Source of the DNA: the human T2T-CHM13v2.0 reference genome, Homo sapiens | NCBI RefSeq assembly: GCF_009914755.1 | Contig: NC_060928.1 | DNA: 64,000 nucleotides | Reading direction: 5' to 3' (one strand) | Shown here: positions 1 through 11,200 of the stretch, piece by piece | Layout of the letters: every line of letters begins with the position of its first letter | Numbering within the stretch: the stretch's first letter is position 1 | Translations under genes and position numbers: made by a program | Notes under the pieces: model-generated | What the model saw: the letters and a program-made list of their open reading frames with translations, nothing else | What the model was told of the DNA's origin: nothing | Databases searched by the model: none

Positions 1-255
1 GAACTGAACATTCACTTTGATAGAGCAGGTTTGAAACACTCATTCTGTAGTATCTGGAAGTGGACATTTCAAGCGCTTTCAGGCCTATGGGGAGAAAGGA
101 AATATCTTCAAATAAAAACTAGAGAGAAGCATCCTCAGAATCTAATATGTGATGTGTGTCCTCAACTAACAGAGTTGAAACTTTGTTTTGATACAGCATT
201 TTGGAAACACTCTTTTTGTAGAATCTGCCGGTGGATATTTGGATAGCTTAGAGGG

Positions 256-272
256 ATTCGTTGGAAAGGGGA
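256..272 (+). promoter_or_regulatory. Degenerate CENP-B box of M1 (CGGG>GGGG), fixed in all HOR copies
   Basis: ATTCGTTGGAAAGGGGA lacks the essential C of the TTCG-N4-A-N2-CGGG core. It recurs at 2807, 5358 and in every later copy read. Confidence 0.9.
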
Positions 273-595
273 TATCTTCATATAAAATCTAGACAGAAGC
301 ATTCTCAGAAACTTATTTGTGATGTGTGTCCTCAACTAACAGAGTTGAACCTTGGTTTTGATACAGCATTTTGGAAACACTCCTTTTGTAGAATCTGCAG
401 GTGGATATGTGGATAGCTCTGAAGATTTTGTTGGAAACGGGAATTTCTTCATATAAAATCAAAGAGAAGCATTCTCAGAAACTTCTCTGTGATGTTTGCA
501 TTCAGCTCATGGAGTTGAACACTTCCTTTCATAGAGCAGGTTTGAAACACTCTTTCTGCACTACCAGGAAGTGGACATTTCGAGCGCTTTGAGGC

Positions 596-612
596 CTATG
601 GTGAAAAAGGAA
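596..612 (+). promoter_or_regulatory. A-type (pJalpha-like) box of M3; equivalents in M6, M10, M13 and a CTATGGGGAGAAAGGAA variant in M8 and M15
   Basis: CTATGGTGAAAAAGGAA sits at the position occupied by the CENP-B box in B-type monomers. Confidence 0.8.
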
Positions 613-766
613 ATATCTTCTCATAAAAACCAGAAAGAAGCGTTCTCAGAAACTTCTTTGTGTTGTGTGTACTCATGTAACAGTGTTGAACCATCCTTTT
701 GACAGAGCAGTTTTGACACACTCTTTTTGTAGAATCTGCAAGTGGATATTTGGATAGCTTTGAGGA

Positions 767-783
767 TTTCGTTGGAAACGGGT
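767..783 (+). promoter_or_regulatory. CENP-B box of M4 (intact here; TTCA variant in 10 copies between 8.4 and 36.5 kb)
   Basis: TTTCGTTGGAAACGGGT matches the TTCG-N4-A-N2-CGGG core. Confidence 0.92.
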
Positions 784-936
784 TATCTTCATATTAAATC
801 TAGACAGAAGCATTCTCAGAAACTTCTTTGTGCTGTATGTCCTCAATTCACAGAGTTGAACCTTTGTTTGGATACAGCATTTTGGAAACATTCCTTTAGT
901 AGAATCTGCAAGTTGATATTTAGATAGCTTTGAAGA

Positions 937-953
937 TTTCGTTGGAAACGGGA
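937..953 (+). promoter_or_regulatory. CENP-B box of M5 (repeats each HOR)
   Basis: TTTCGTTGGAAACGGGA, canonical. Confidence 0.95.
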
Positions 954-1276
954 ATATCTTCATAAAAAATCTAGACGGAAGCATTGTCAGAAACTGCTTT
1001 GTGATGTTTGCATTCAAGTCACAGAGTTAAATATTCTTTTACAGAGCAGGTTTGAAACACTCTTTCTGCACTCCCTGGAAGTGGAGATTTCAAGCGCTTT
1101 GAGGCCTATGGTGAAAAAGGAAATATCTTCCCATAAAAACTAGACGGAAGCCTTCTCAGAAACTTGTTTGAGATGTGTGTATTCAACTAAGAGCGTTGAA
1201 CATTTCTTTTTACAGAGCAGTTTTAAAACACTCTTTTTGTGGAATCTGAAAGTGGATAATTGGATAGCTTTGTGGA

Positions 1277-1293
1277 TTTCGTTGGAAACGGGA
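1277..1293 (+). promoter_or_regulatory. CENP-B box of M7 (intact here; TTTG variant in 11 copies between 8.9 and 37.0 kb)
   Basis: TTTCGTTGGAAACGGGA, canonical. Confidence 0.93.
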
Positions 1294-1614
1294 TTACGTA
1301 TAAAATCTAGACAGAAGCATTCTCAGAAACTTCAATCTGATGTTTGCATTCAAGTCACAGAATTTAACATTCCTTTTCATAGTGCAGGTTTGAAACACTC
1401 TTTCTGTAGTATCTGGAAGTGGACATTTGAAGCGCTTTCAGGCCTATGGGGAGAAAGGAAATATCTTGAAATAAAAACTAGACAGAAGGATTCTCAGAAA
1501 CTCATTGGTGATGTGTGTCCTAAACGAACACAGTTGAACCTTTGTTTTGATACAGCATTTTGGAAACACTCCCTTTGTAGAATCTGCAGGTGGATATTTG
1601 GATAGATTTTAAGA

Positions 1615-1631
1615 TTTCGTTGGAAACGGGA
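1615..1631 (+). promoter_or_regulatory. CENP-B box of M9 (repeats each HOR)
   Basis: TTTCGTTGGAAACGGGA, canonical. Confidence 0.95.
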
Positions 1632-1956
1632 ATTTCTTCATATAAACTCAAGACAGATGCAATCTCAGAAACTTCTCTGTGATGTATGCATTCCACTCAT
1701 AGAGTTGAAAACTTCCTTTCATAGAGCAGGTTTGAAACACTCTTTTTGTAATATTTGGAAGTGGACATTTGCAGCGCTTTGAGGCCTATGGTGAAAAAGG
1801 AAATATCTTCTCATAAAAACCAGAAACAAGCATTCTCAGAAACTTCTTTTTGATGTGTGTACTCAAGTAACAGAGTTGAACCTTCCTTTTGACACAGCAG
1901 TTTTGAAACAATCTTTTTGTAGAATCTGCAAGTGGGTATTTGGATAGCTTTGAGGA

Positions 1957-1973
1957 TTTCGTTGGAAACGGGA
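1957..1973 (+). promoter_or_regulatory. CENP-B box of M11 (repeats each HOR)
   Basis: TTTCGTTGGAAACGGGA, canonical. Confidence 0.95.
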
Positions 1974-2126
1974 TATCTTCATATAAAATCTAGACAGAAG
2001 CACTCTCAGAAACTTCTTTGTGCTGTATGTCCTCAATTAACAGAGTTGAACCATTGCTTGGATACAGCATTTTGGAAACATTCCTTTAGTAGAATCTGCA
2101 AGTTGATATTTAGATAGATTTGAAGA

Positions 2127-2143
2127 TTTCGTTGGAAACGGGA
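2127..2143 (+). promoter_or_regulatory. CENP-B box of M12 (repeats each HOR)
   Basis: TTTCGTTGGAAACGGGA, canonical. Confidence 0.95.
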
Positions 2144-2468
2144 ATATCTTCATATAAAATCTAGACGGAGGCATTCTCAGAAACTGCTTTGTGATGTTTC
2201 CATTCAAGTCACAGAGTTGAATATTCTCTTTTATAGAGCACGTTTGAAACACTCTTTCTGCACTATCTGGAAGTGGACATTTCGAGCGCTGTGAGGCCTA
2301 TGGTGAAAAAGGAAATATCTTCCCGTAAAGACTAGACAGAAGCATTCTCAGAAACTTGTTTATGATGTGTGTATTCAACTAACAGACTTGAACTTTTGTT
2401 TTTACAGAGCAGTTTTAAGACAATCTTTTTGTGGAATCAGAAAGTGGATATTCGGATGGCTTTGAGGA

Positions 2469-2485
2469 CTTCGTTGGAAGCGGGA
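2469..2485 (+). promoter_or_regulatory. CENP-B box of M14 (repeats each HOR)
   Basis: CTTCGTTGGAAGCGGGA matches YTTCGTTGGAARCGGGA. Confidence 0.95.
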
Positions 2486-2976
2486 TTACATATAAAATCT
2501 AGAGAGAAGCATTCTCAGGAACTTCTTTGTGATATTTGCATTGAAGTCACAGAATTGAACATTCACTTTGATAGAGCAGGTTTGAAACACTCATTCTGTA
2601 GTATCTGGAAGCGGACAATTCAAGCGCTTTCAGGCCTATGGGGAGAAAGGAAATATCTTCAAATAAAAACTAGAGAGAAGCATCCTCAGAAACTTATTTG
2701 TGATGTGTGTCCTCAACTAACAGAGTTGAAACTTTGTTTTGATACAGCATTTTGGAAACACTCTTTTTGTAGAATCTGCAGGTGGATATTTGGATAGCTT
2801 AGAGGGATTCGTTGGAAAGGGGATATCTTCATATAAAATCTAGACAGAAGCATTCTCAGAAACTTATTTGTGATGTGTGTCCTCAACTAACAGAGTTGAA
2901 CCTTGGTTTTGATACAGCATTTTGGAAACACTCCTTTTGTAGAATCTGCAGGTGGATATGTGGATAGCTTTGAAGA

Positions 2977-2993
2977 TTTCGTTGGAAACGGGA
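2977..2993 (+). promoter_or_regulatory. CENP-B box of M2 (intact from the second HOR on; TTTG variant at ~429)
   Basis: TTTCGTTGGAAACGGGA, canonical. Confidence 0.93.
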
Positions 2994-5900
2994 ATTTCTT
3001 CATATAAAATCAAACAGAAGCATTCTCAGAAACTTCTCTGTGATGTTTGCATTCAGCTCATGGAGTTGAACACTTCCTTTCATAGAGCAGGTTTGAAACA
3101 CTCTTTCTGCACTACCAGGAAGTGGACATTTCGAGCGCTTTGAGGCCTATGGTGAAAAAGGAAATATCTTCTCATAAAAACCAGAAAGAAGCGTTCTCAG
3201 AAACTTCTTTGTGTTGTGTGTACTCATGTAACAGTGTTGAACCATCCTTTTGACAGAGCAGTTTTGACACACTCTTTTTGGAGAATCTGCAAGTGGATAT
3301 TTGGATAGCTTTGAGGATTTCGTTGGAAACGGGTTATCTTCATATTAAATCTAGACAGAAGCATTCTCAGAAACTTCTTTGTGCTGTATGTCCTCAATTC
3401 ACAGAGTTGAACCTTTGTTTGGATACAGCATTTTGGAAACATTCCTTTAGTAGAATCTGCAAGTTGATATTTAGATAGCTTTGAAGATTTCGTTGGAAAC
3501 GGGAATATCTTCATAAAAAATCTAGACGGAAGCATTGTCAGAAACTGCTTTGTGATGTTTGCATTCAAGTCACAGAGTTAAATATTCTTTTACAGAGCAG
3601 GTTTGAAACACTCTTTCTGCACTCGCTGGAAGTGGAGATTTCGAGCGCTTTGAGGCCTATGGTGAAAAAGGAAATATCTTCCCATAAAAACTAGACGGAA
3701 GCCTTCTCAGAAACTTGTTTGAGATGTGTGTATTCAACTAAGAGCGTTGAACATTTCTTTTTACAGAGCAGTTTTAAAACACTCTTTTTGTGGAATCTGA
3801 AAGTGGATAATTGGATAGCTTTGTGGATTTCGTTGGAAACGGGATGACGTATAAAATCTAGAGAGAAGCATTCTCAGAAACTTCTTTCTGATGTTTGCAT
3901 TCAAGTCACAGAATTGAACATTCCTTTTCATAGTGCAGGTTTGAAACACTCTTTCTGTACTATCTGGAAGTGGACATTTCAAGCGCTTTCAGGCCTATGG
4001 GGAGAAAGGAAATATCTTGAAATAAAAACTAGACAGAAGGATTCTCAGAAACTCATTGGTGATGTGTGTCCTAAACGAACACAGTTGAACCTTTGTTTTG
4101 ATACAGCATTTTGGAAACACTCCCTTTGTAGAATCTGCAGGTGGATATTTGGATAGATTTTAAGATTTCGTTGGAAACGGGAATTTCTTCATATAAACTC
4201 AAGACAGATGCAATCTCAGAAACTTCTCTGTGATGTTTGCATTCCACTCATAGAGTTGAAAACTTCCTTTCATAGAGCAGGTTTGAAACACTCTTTTTGT
4301 AATATTTGGAAGTGGACATTTGCAGCGCTTTGAGGCCTATGGTGAAAAAGGAAATATCTTCTCATAAAAACCAGAAACAAGCATTCTCAGAAACTTCTTT
4401 TTGATGTGTGTACTCAAGTAACAGAGTTGAACCTTCCTTTTGACACAGCAGTTTTGAAACAATCTTTTTGTAGAATCTGCAAGTGGATATTTGGATAGCT
4501 TTGAGGATTTCGTTGGAAACGGGATATCTTCATATAAAATCTAGACAGAAGCACTCTCAGAAACTTCTTTGTGCTGTATGTCCTCAATTAACAGAGTTGA
4601 ACCATTGCTTGGATACAGCATTTTGGAAACATTCCTTTAGTAGAATCTGCAAGTTGATATTTAGATAGATTTGAAGATTTCGTTGGAAACGGGAATATCT
4701 TCATATAAAATCTAGACGGAGGCATTCTCAGAAACTGCTTTGTGATGTTTCCATTCAAGTCACAGAGTTGAATATTCTCTTTTATAGAGCACGTTTGAAA
4801 CACTCTTTCTGCACTATCTGGAAGTGGACATTTCGAGCGCTGTGAGGCCTATGGTGAAAAAGGAAATATCTTCCCATAAAGACTAGACAGAAGCATTCTC
4901 AGAAACTTGTTTATGATGTGTGTATTCAACTAACAGACTTGAACTTTTGTTTTTACAGAGCAGTTTTAAGACAATCTTTTTGTGGAATCAGAAAGTGGAT
5001 ATTCGGATGGCTTTGAGGACTTCGTTGGAAGCGGGATTACATATAAAATCTAGAGAGAAGCATTCTCAGGAACTTCTTTGTGATGTTTGCATTGAAGTCA
5101 CAGAATTGAACATTCACTTTGATAGAGCAGGTTTGAAACACTCATTCTGTAGTATCTGGAAGCGGACAATTCAAGCGCTTTCAGGCCTATGGGGAGAAAG
5201 GAAATATCTTCAAATAAAAACTAGAGAGAAGCATCCTCAGAAACTTATTTGTGATGTGTGTCCTCAACTAACAGAGTTGAAACTTTGTTTTGATACAGCA
5301 TTTTGGAAACACTCTTTTTGTAGAATCTGCAGGTGGATATTTGGATAGCTTAGAGGGATTCGTTGGAAAGGGGATATCTTCATATAAAATCTAGACAGAA
5401 GCATTCTCAGAAACTTATTTGTGATGTGTGTCCTCAACTAACAGAGTGGAACCTTGGTTTTGATACAGCATTTTGGAAACACTCCTTTTGTAGAATCTGC
5501 AGGTGGATATGTGGATAGCTTTGAAGATTTCGTTGGAAACGGGAATTTCTTCATATAAAATCAAACAGAAGCATTCTCAGAAACTTCTCTGTGATGTTTG
5601 CATTCAGCTCATGGAGTTGAACACTTCCTTTCATAGAGCAGGTTTGAAACACTCTTTCTGCACTACCAGGAAGTGGACATTTCGAGCGCTTTGAGGCCTG
5701 TGGTGAAAAAGGAAATATCTTCTCATAAAAACCAGAAAGAAGCGTTCTCAGAAACTTCTTTGTGTTGTGTGTACTCATGTAACAGTGTTGAACCATCCTT
5801 TTGACAGAGCAGTTTTGACACACTCTTTTTGTAGAATCTGCAAGTGGATATTTGGATAGCTTTGAGGATTTCGTTGGAAACGGGTTATCTTCATATTAAA

Positions 5901-8299
5901 TCTAGACAGAAGCATTCTCAGAAACTTCTTTGTGCTGTATGTCCTCAATTCACAGAGTTGAACCTTTGTTTGGATACAGCATTTTGGAAACATTCCTTTA
6001 GTAGAATCTGCAAGTTGATATTTAGATAGCTTTGAAGATTTCGTTGGAAACGGGAATATCTTCATAAAAAATCTAGACGGAAGCATTGTCAGAAACTGCT
6101 TTGTGATGTTTGCATTCAAGTCACAGAGTTAAATATTCTTTTACAGAGCAGGTTTGAAACACTCTTTCTGCACTCCCTGGAAGTGGAGATTTCGAGCGCT
6201 TTGAGGCCTATGGTGAAAAAGGAAATATCTTCCCATAAAAACTAGACGGAAGCCTTCTCAGAAACTTGTTTGAGATGTGTGTATTCAACTAAGAGCGTTG
6301 AACATTTCTTTTTACAGAGCAGTTTTAAAACACTCTTTTTGTGGAATCTGAAAGTGGATAATTGGATAGCTTTGTGGATTTCGTTGGAAACGGGATGACG
6401 TATAAAATCTAGAGAGAAGCATTCTCAGAAACTTCTTTCTGATGTTTGCATTCAAGTCACAGAATTGAACATTCCTTTTCATAGTGCAGGTTTGAAACAC
6501 TCTTTCTGTACTATCTGGAAGTGGACATTTCAAGCGCTTTCAGGCCTATGGGGAGAAAGGAAATATCTTGAAATAAAAACTAGACAGAAGGATTCTCAGA
6601 AACTCATTGGTGATGTGTGTCCTAAACGAACACAGTTGAACCTTTGTTTTGATACAGCATTTTGGAAACACTCCCTTTGTAGAATCTGCAGGTGGATATT
6701 TGGATAGATTTTAAGATTTCGTTGGAAACGGGAATTTCTTCATATAAACTCAAGACAGATGCAATCTCAGAAACTTCTCTGTGATGTTTGCATTCCACTC
6801 ATAGAGTTGAAAACTTCCTTTCATAGAGCAGGTTTGAAACACTCTTTTTGTAATATTTGGAAGTGGACATTTGCAGCGCTTTGAGGCCTATGGTGAAAAA
6901 GGAAATATCTTCTCATAAAAACCAGAAACAAGCATTCTCAGAAACTTCTTTTTGATGTGTGTACTCAAGTAACAGAGTTGAACCTTCCTTTTGACACAGC
7001 AGTTTTGAAACAATCTTTTTGTAGAATCTGCAAGTGGATATTTGGATAGCTTTGAGGATTTCGTTGGAAACGGGATATCTTCATATAAAATCTAGACAGA
7101 AGCACTCTCAGAAACTTCTTTGTGCTGTATGTCCTCAATTAACAGAGTTGAACCATTGCTTGGATACAGCATTTTGGAAACATTCCTTTAGTAGAATCTG
7201 CAAGTTGATATTTAGATAGATTTGAAGATTTCGTTGGAAACGGGAATATCTTCATATAAAATCTAGACGGAGGCATTCTCAGAAACTGCTTTGTGATGTT
7301 TCCATTCAAGTCACAGAGTTGAATATTCTCTTTTATAGAGCACGTTTGAAACACTCTTTCTGCACTATCTGGAAGTGGACATTTCGAGCGCTGTGAGGCC
7401 TATGGTGAAAAAGGAAATATCTTCCCATAAAGACTAGACAGAAGCATTCTCAGAAACTTGTTTATGATGTGTGTATTCAACTAACAGACTTGAACTTTTG
7501 TTTTTACAGAGCAGTTTTAAGACAATCTTTTTGTGGAATCAGAAAGTGGATATTCGGATGGCTTTGAGGACTTCGTTGGAAGCGGGATTACATATAAAAT
7601 CTAGAGAGAAGCATTCTCAGGAACTACTTTGTGATGTTTGCATTGAAGTCACAGAATTGAACATTCACTTTGATAGAGCAGGTTTGAAACACTCATTCTG
7701 TAGTATCTGGAAGCGGACAATTCAAGCGCTTTCAGGCCTATGGGGAGAAAGGAAATATCTTCAAATAAAAACTAGAGAGAAGCATCCTCAGAAACTAATA
7801 TGTGATGTGTGTCCTCAACTAACAGAGTTGAAACTTTGTTTTGATACAGCATTTTGGAAACACTCTTTTTGTAGAATCTGCAGGTGGATATTTGGATAGC
7901 TTAGAGGGATTCGTTGGAAAGGGGATATCTTCATATAAAATCTAGACAGAAGCATTCTCAGAAACTTATTTGTGATGTGTGTCCTCAACTAACAGAGTGG
8001 AACCTTGGTTTTGATACAGCATTTTGGAAACACTCCTTTTGTAGAATCTGCAGGTGGATATGTGGATAGCTTTGAAGATTTCGTTGGAAACGGGAATTTC
8101 TTCATATAAAATCAAACAGAAGCATTCTCAGAAACTTCTCTGTGATGTTTGCATTCAGCTCATGGAGTTGAACACTTCCTTTCATAGAGCAGGTTTGAAA
8201 CACTCTTTCTGCACTACCAGGAAGTGGACATTTCGAGCGCTTTGAGGCCTATGGTGAAAAAGGAAATATCTTCTCATAAAAACCAGAAAGAAGCGTTCT

Positions 8300-11200
8300 C
8301 AGAAACTTATTTGTGTTGTGTGTACTCATGTAACAGTGTTGAACCATCCTTTTGACAGAGCAGTTTTGACACACTCTTTTTGTAGAATCTGCAAGTGGAT
8401 ATTTGGATAGCTTTGAGGATTTCATTGGAAACGGGTTATCTTCATATTAAATCTAGACAGAAGCATTCTCAGAAACTTCTTTGTGCTGTATGTCCTCAAT
8501 TCACAGAGTTGAACCTTTGTTTGGATACAGCATTTTGGAAACATTCCTTTAGTAGAATCTGCAAGTTGATATTTAGATAGCTTTGAAGATTTCGTTGGAA
8601 ACGGGAATATCTTCATAAAAAATCTAGACGGAAGCATTGTCAGAAACTGCTTTGTGATGTTTGCATTCAAGTCACAGAGTTAAATATTCTTTTACAGAGC
8701 AGGTTTGAAACACTCTTTCTGCACTCCCTGGAAGTGGAGATTTCGAGGGCTTTGAGGCCTATGGTGAAAAAGGAAATATCTTCCCATAAAAACTAGACGG
8801 AAGCCTTCTCAGAAACTTGTTTGAGATGTGTGTATTCAACTAAGAGCGTTGAACATTTCTTTTTACAGAGCAGTTTAAAAACACTCTTTTTGTGGAATCT
8901 GAAAGTGGATAATTGGATAGCTTTGTGGATTTTGTTGGAAACGGGATGATGTATAAAATCTAGAGAGAAGCATTCTCAGAAACTTCTTTCTGATGTTTGC
9001 ATTCAAGTCACAGAATTGAACATTCCTTTTCATAGTGCAGGTTTGAAACACTCTTTCTGTACTATCTGGAAGTGGACATTTCAAGCGCTTTCAGGCCTAT
9101 GGGGAGAAAGGAAATATCTTGAAATAAAAACTAGACAGAAGGATTCTCAGAAACTCATTGGTGATGTGTGTCCTAAACGAACACAGTTGAACCTTTGTTT
9201 TGATACAGCATTTTGGAAACACTCCGTTTGTAGAATCTGCAGGTGGATATTTGGATAGATTTTAAGATTTCGTTGGAAACGGGAATTTCTTCATATAAAC
9301 TCAAGACAGATGCAATCTCAGAAACTTCTCTGTGATGTTTGCATTCCACTCATAGAGTTGAAAACTTCCTTTCATAGAGCAGGTTTGAAACACTCTTTTT
9401 GTAATATTTGGAAGTGGACATTTGCAGCGCTTTGAGGCCTATGGTGAAAAAGGAAATATCTTCTCATAAAAACCAGAAACAAGCATTCTCAGAAACTTCT
9501 TTTTGATGTGTGTACTCAAGTAACAGAGTTGAACCTTCCTTTTGACACAGCAGTTTTGAAACAATCTTTTTGTAGAATCTGCAAGTGGATATTTGGATAG
9601 CTTTGAGGATTTCGTTGGAAACGGGATATCTTCATATAAAATCTAGACAGAAGCACTCTCAGAAACTTCTTTGTGCTGTATGTCCTCAATTAACAGAGTT
9701 GAACCATTGCTTGGATACAGCATTTTGGAAACATTCCTTTAGTAGAATCTGCAAGTTGATATTTAGATAGATTTGAAGATTTCGTTGGAAACGGGAATAT
9801 CTTCATATAAAATCTAGACGGAGGCATTCTCAGAAACTGCTTTGTGATGTTTCCATTCAAGTCACAGAGTTGAATATTCTCTTTTATAGAGCACGTTTGA
9901 AACACTCTTTCTGCACTATCTGGAAGTGGACATTTCGAGCGCTGTGAGGCCTATGGTGAAAAAGGAAATATCTTCCCATAAAGACTAGACAGAAGCATTC
10001 TCAGAAACTTGTTTATGATGTGTGTATTCAACTAACAGACTTGAACTTTTGTTTTTACAGAGCAGTTTTAAGACAATCTTTTTGTGGAATCAGAAAGTGG
10101 ATATTCGGATGGCTTTGAGGACTTCGTTGGAAGCGGGATTACATATAAAATCTAGAGAGAAGCATTCTCAGGAACTTCTTTGTGATGTTTGCATTGAAGT
10201 CACAGAATTGAACATTCACTTTGATAGAGCAGGTTTGAAACACTCATTCTGTAGTATCTGGAAGCGGACAATTCAAGCGTTTTCAGGCCTATGGGGAGAA
10301 AGGAAATATCTTCAAATAAAAACTAGAGAGAAGCATCCTCAGAAACTTATTTGTGATGTGTGTCCTCAACTAACAGAGTTGAAACTTTGTTTTGATACAG
10401 CATTTTGGAAACACTCTTTTTGTAGAATCTGCAGGTGGATATTTGGATAGCTTAGAGGGATTCGTTGGAAAGGGGATATCTTCATATAAAATCTAGACAG
10501 AAGCATTCTCAGAAACTTATTTGTGATGTGTGTCCTCAACTAACAGAGTGGAACCTTGGTTTTGATACAGCATTTTGGAAACACTCCTTTTGTAGAATCT
10601 GCAGGTGGATATGTGGATAGCTTTGAAGATTTCGTTGGAAACGGGAATTTCTTCATATAAAATCAAACAGAAGCATTCTCAGAAACTTCTCTGTGATGTT
10701 TGCATTCAGCTCATGGAGTTGAACACTTCCTTTCATAGAGCAGGTTTGAAACACTCTTTCTGCACTACCAGGAAGTGGACATTTCGAGCGCTTTGAGGCC
10801 TGTGGTGAAAAAGGAAATATCTTCTCATAAAAACCAGAAAGAAGCGTTCTCAGAAACTTCTTTGTGTTGTGTGTACTCATGTAACAGTGTTGAACCATCC
10901 TTTTGACAGAGCAGTTTTGACACACTCTTTTTGTAGAATCTGCAAGTGGATATTTGGATAGCTTTGAGGATTTCGTTGGAAACGGGTTATCTTCATATTA
11001 AATCTAGACAGAAGCATTCTCAGAAACTTCTTTGTGCTGTATGTCCTCAATTCACAGAGTTGAACCTTTGTTTGGATACAGCATTTTGGAAACATTCCTT
11101 TAGTAGAATCTGCAAGTTGATATTTAGATAGCTTTGAAGATTTCGTTGGAAACGGGAATATCTTCATAAAAAATCTAGACGGAAGCATTGTCAGAAACTG

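Larger units (their letters stand above)
130..2680 (+). repeat. First complete HOR unit, monomers M1-M15
   Basis: Monomer starts are 130, 300, 470, 641, 811, 982, 1151, 1318, 1489, 1660, 1831, 2001, 2172, 2343 and 2510; the next unit starts at 2681. Lengths of 170,170,171,170,171,169,167,171,171,171,170,171,171,167,171 sum to 2551. Box types are B,B,A,B,B,A,B,A,B,A,B,B,A,B,A (9 B, 6 A). Confidence 0.95.

Noticed and set aside
581-597. Short palindromes (AGCGCT, AGGCCT, TCTAGA) as terminators or special sites
   Set aside because: They are ordinary 6-bp elements of the alphoid consensus with no extended hairpin or transcription context.
130-2680. SF3 pentameric organisation (15 = 3x5, 9B:6A), e.g. 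the D17Z1 15-mer
   Set aside because: Internal similarity is at offset 7/8 rather than 5, there are no adjacent A-A monomers, and the motifs are SF2-like.
2369-2797. Cys/His-rich translation resembling a zinc-finger protein (CDVC, HSFCRIC)
   Set aside because: It arises from TGTG-rich alphoid sequence repeated every monomer and has no valid C2H2 spacing or linker.
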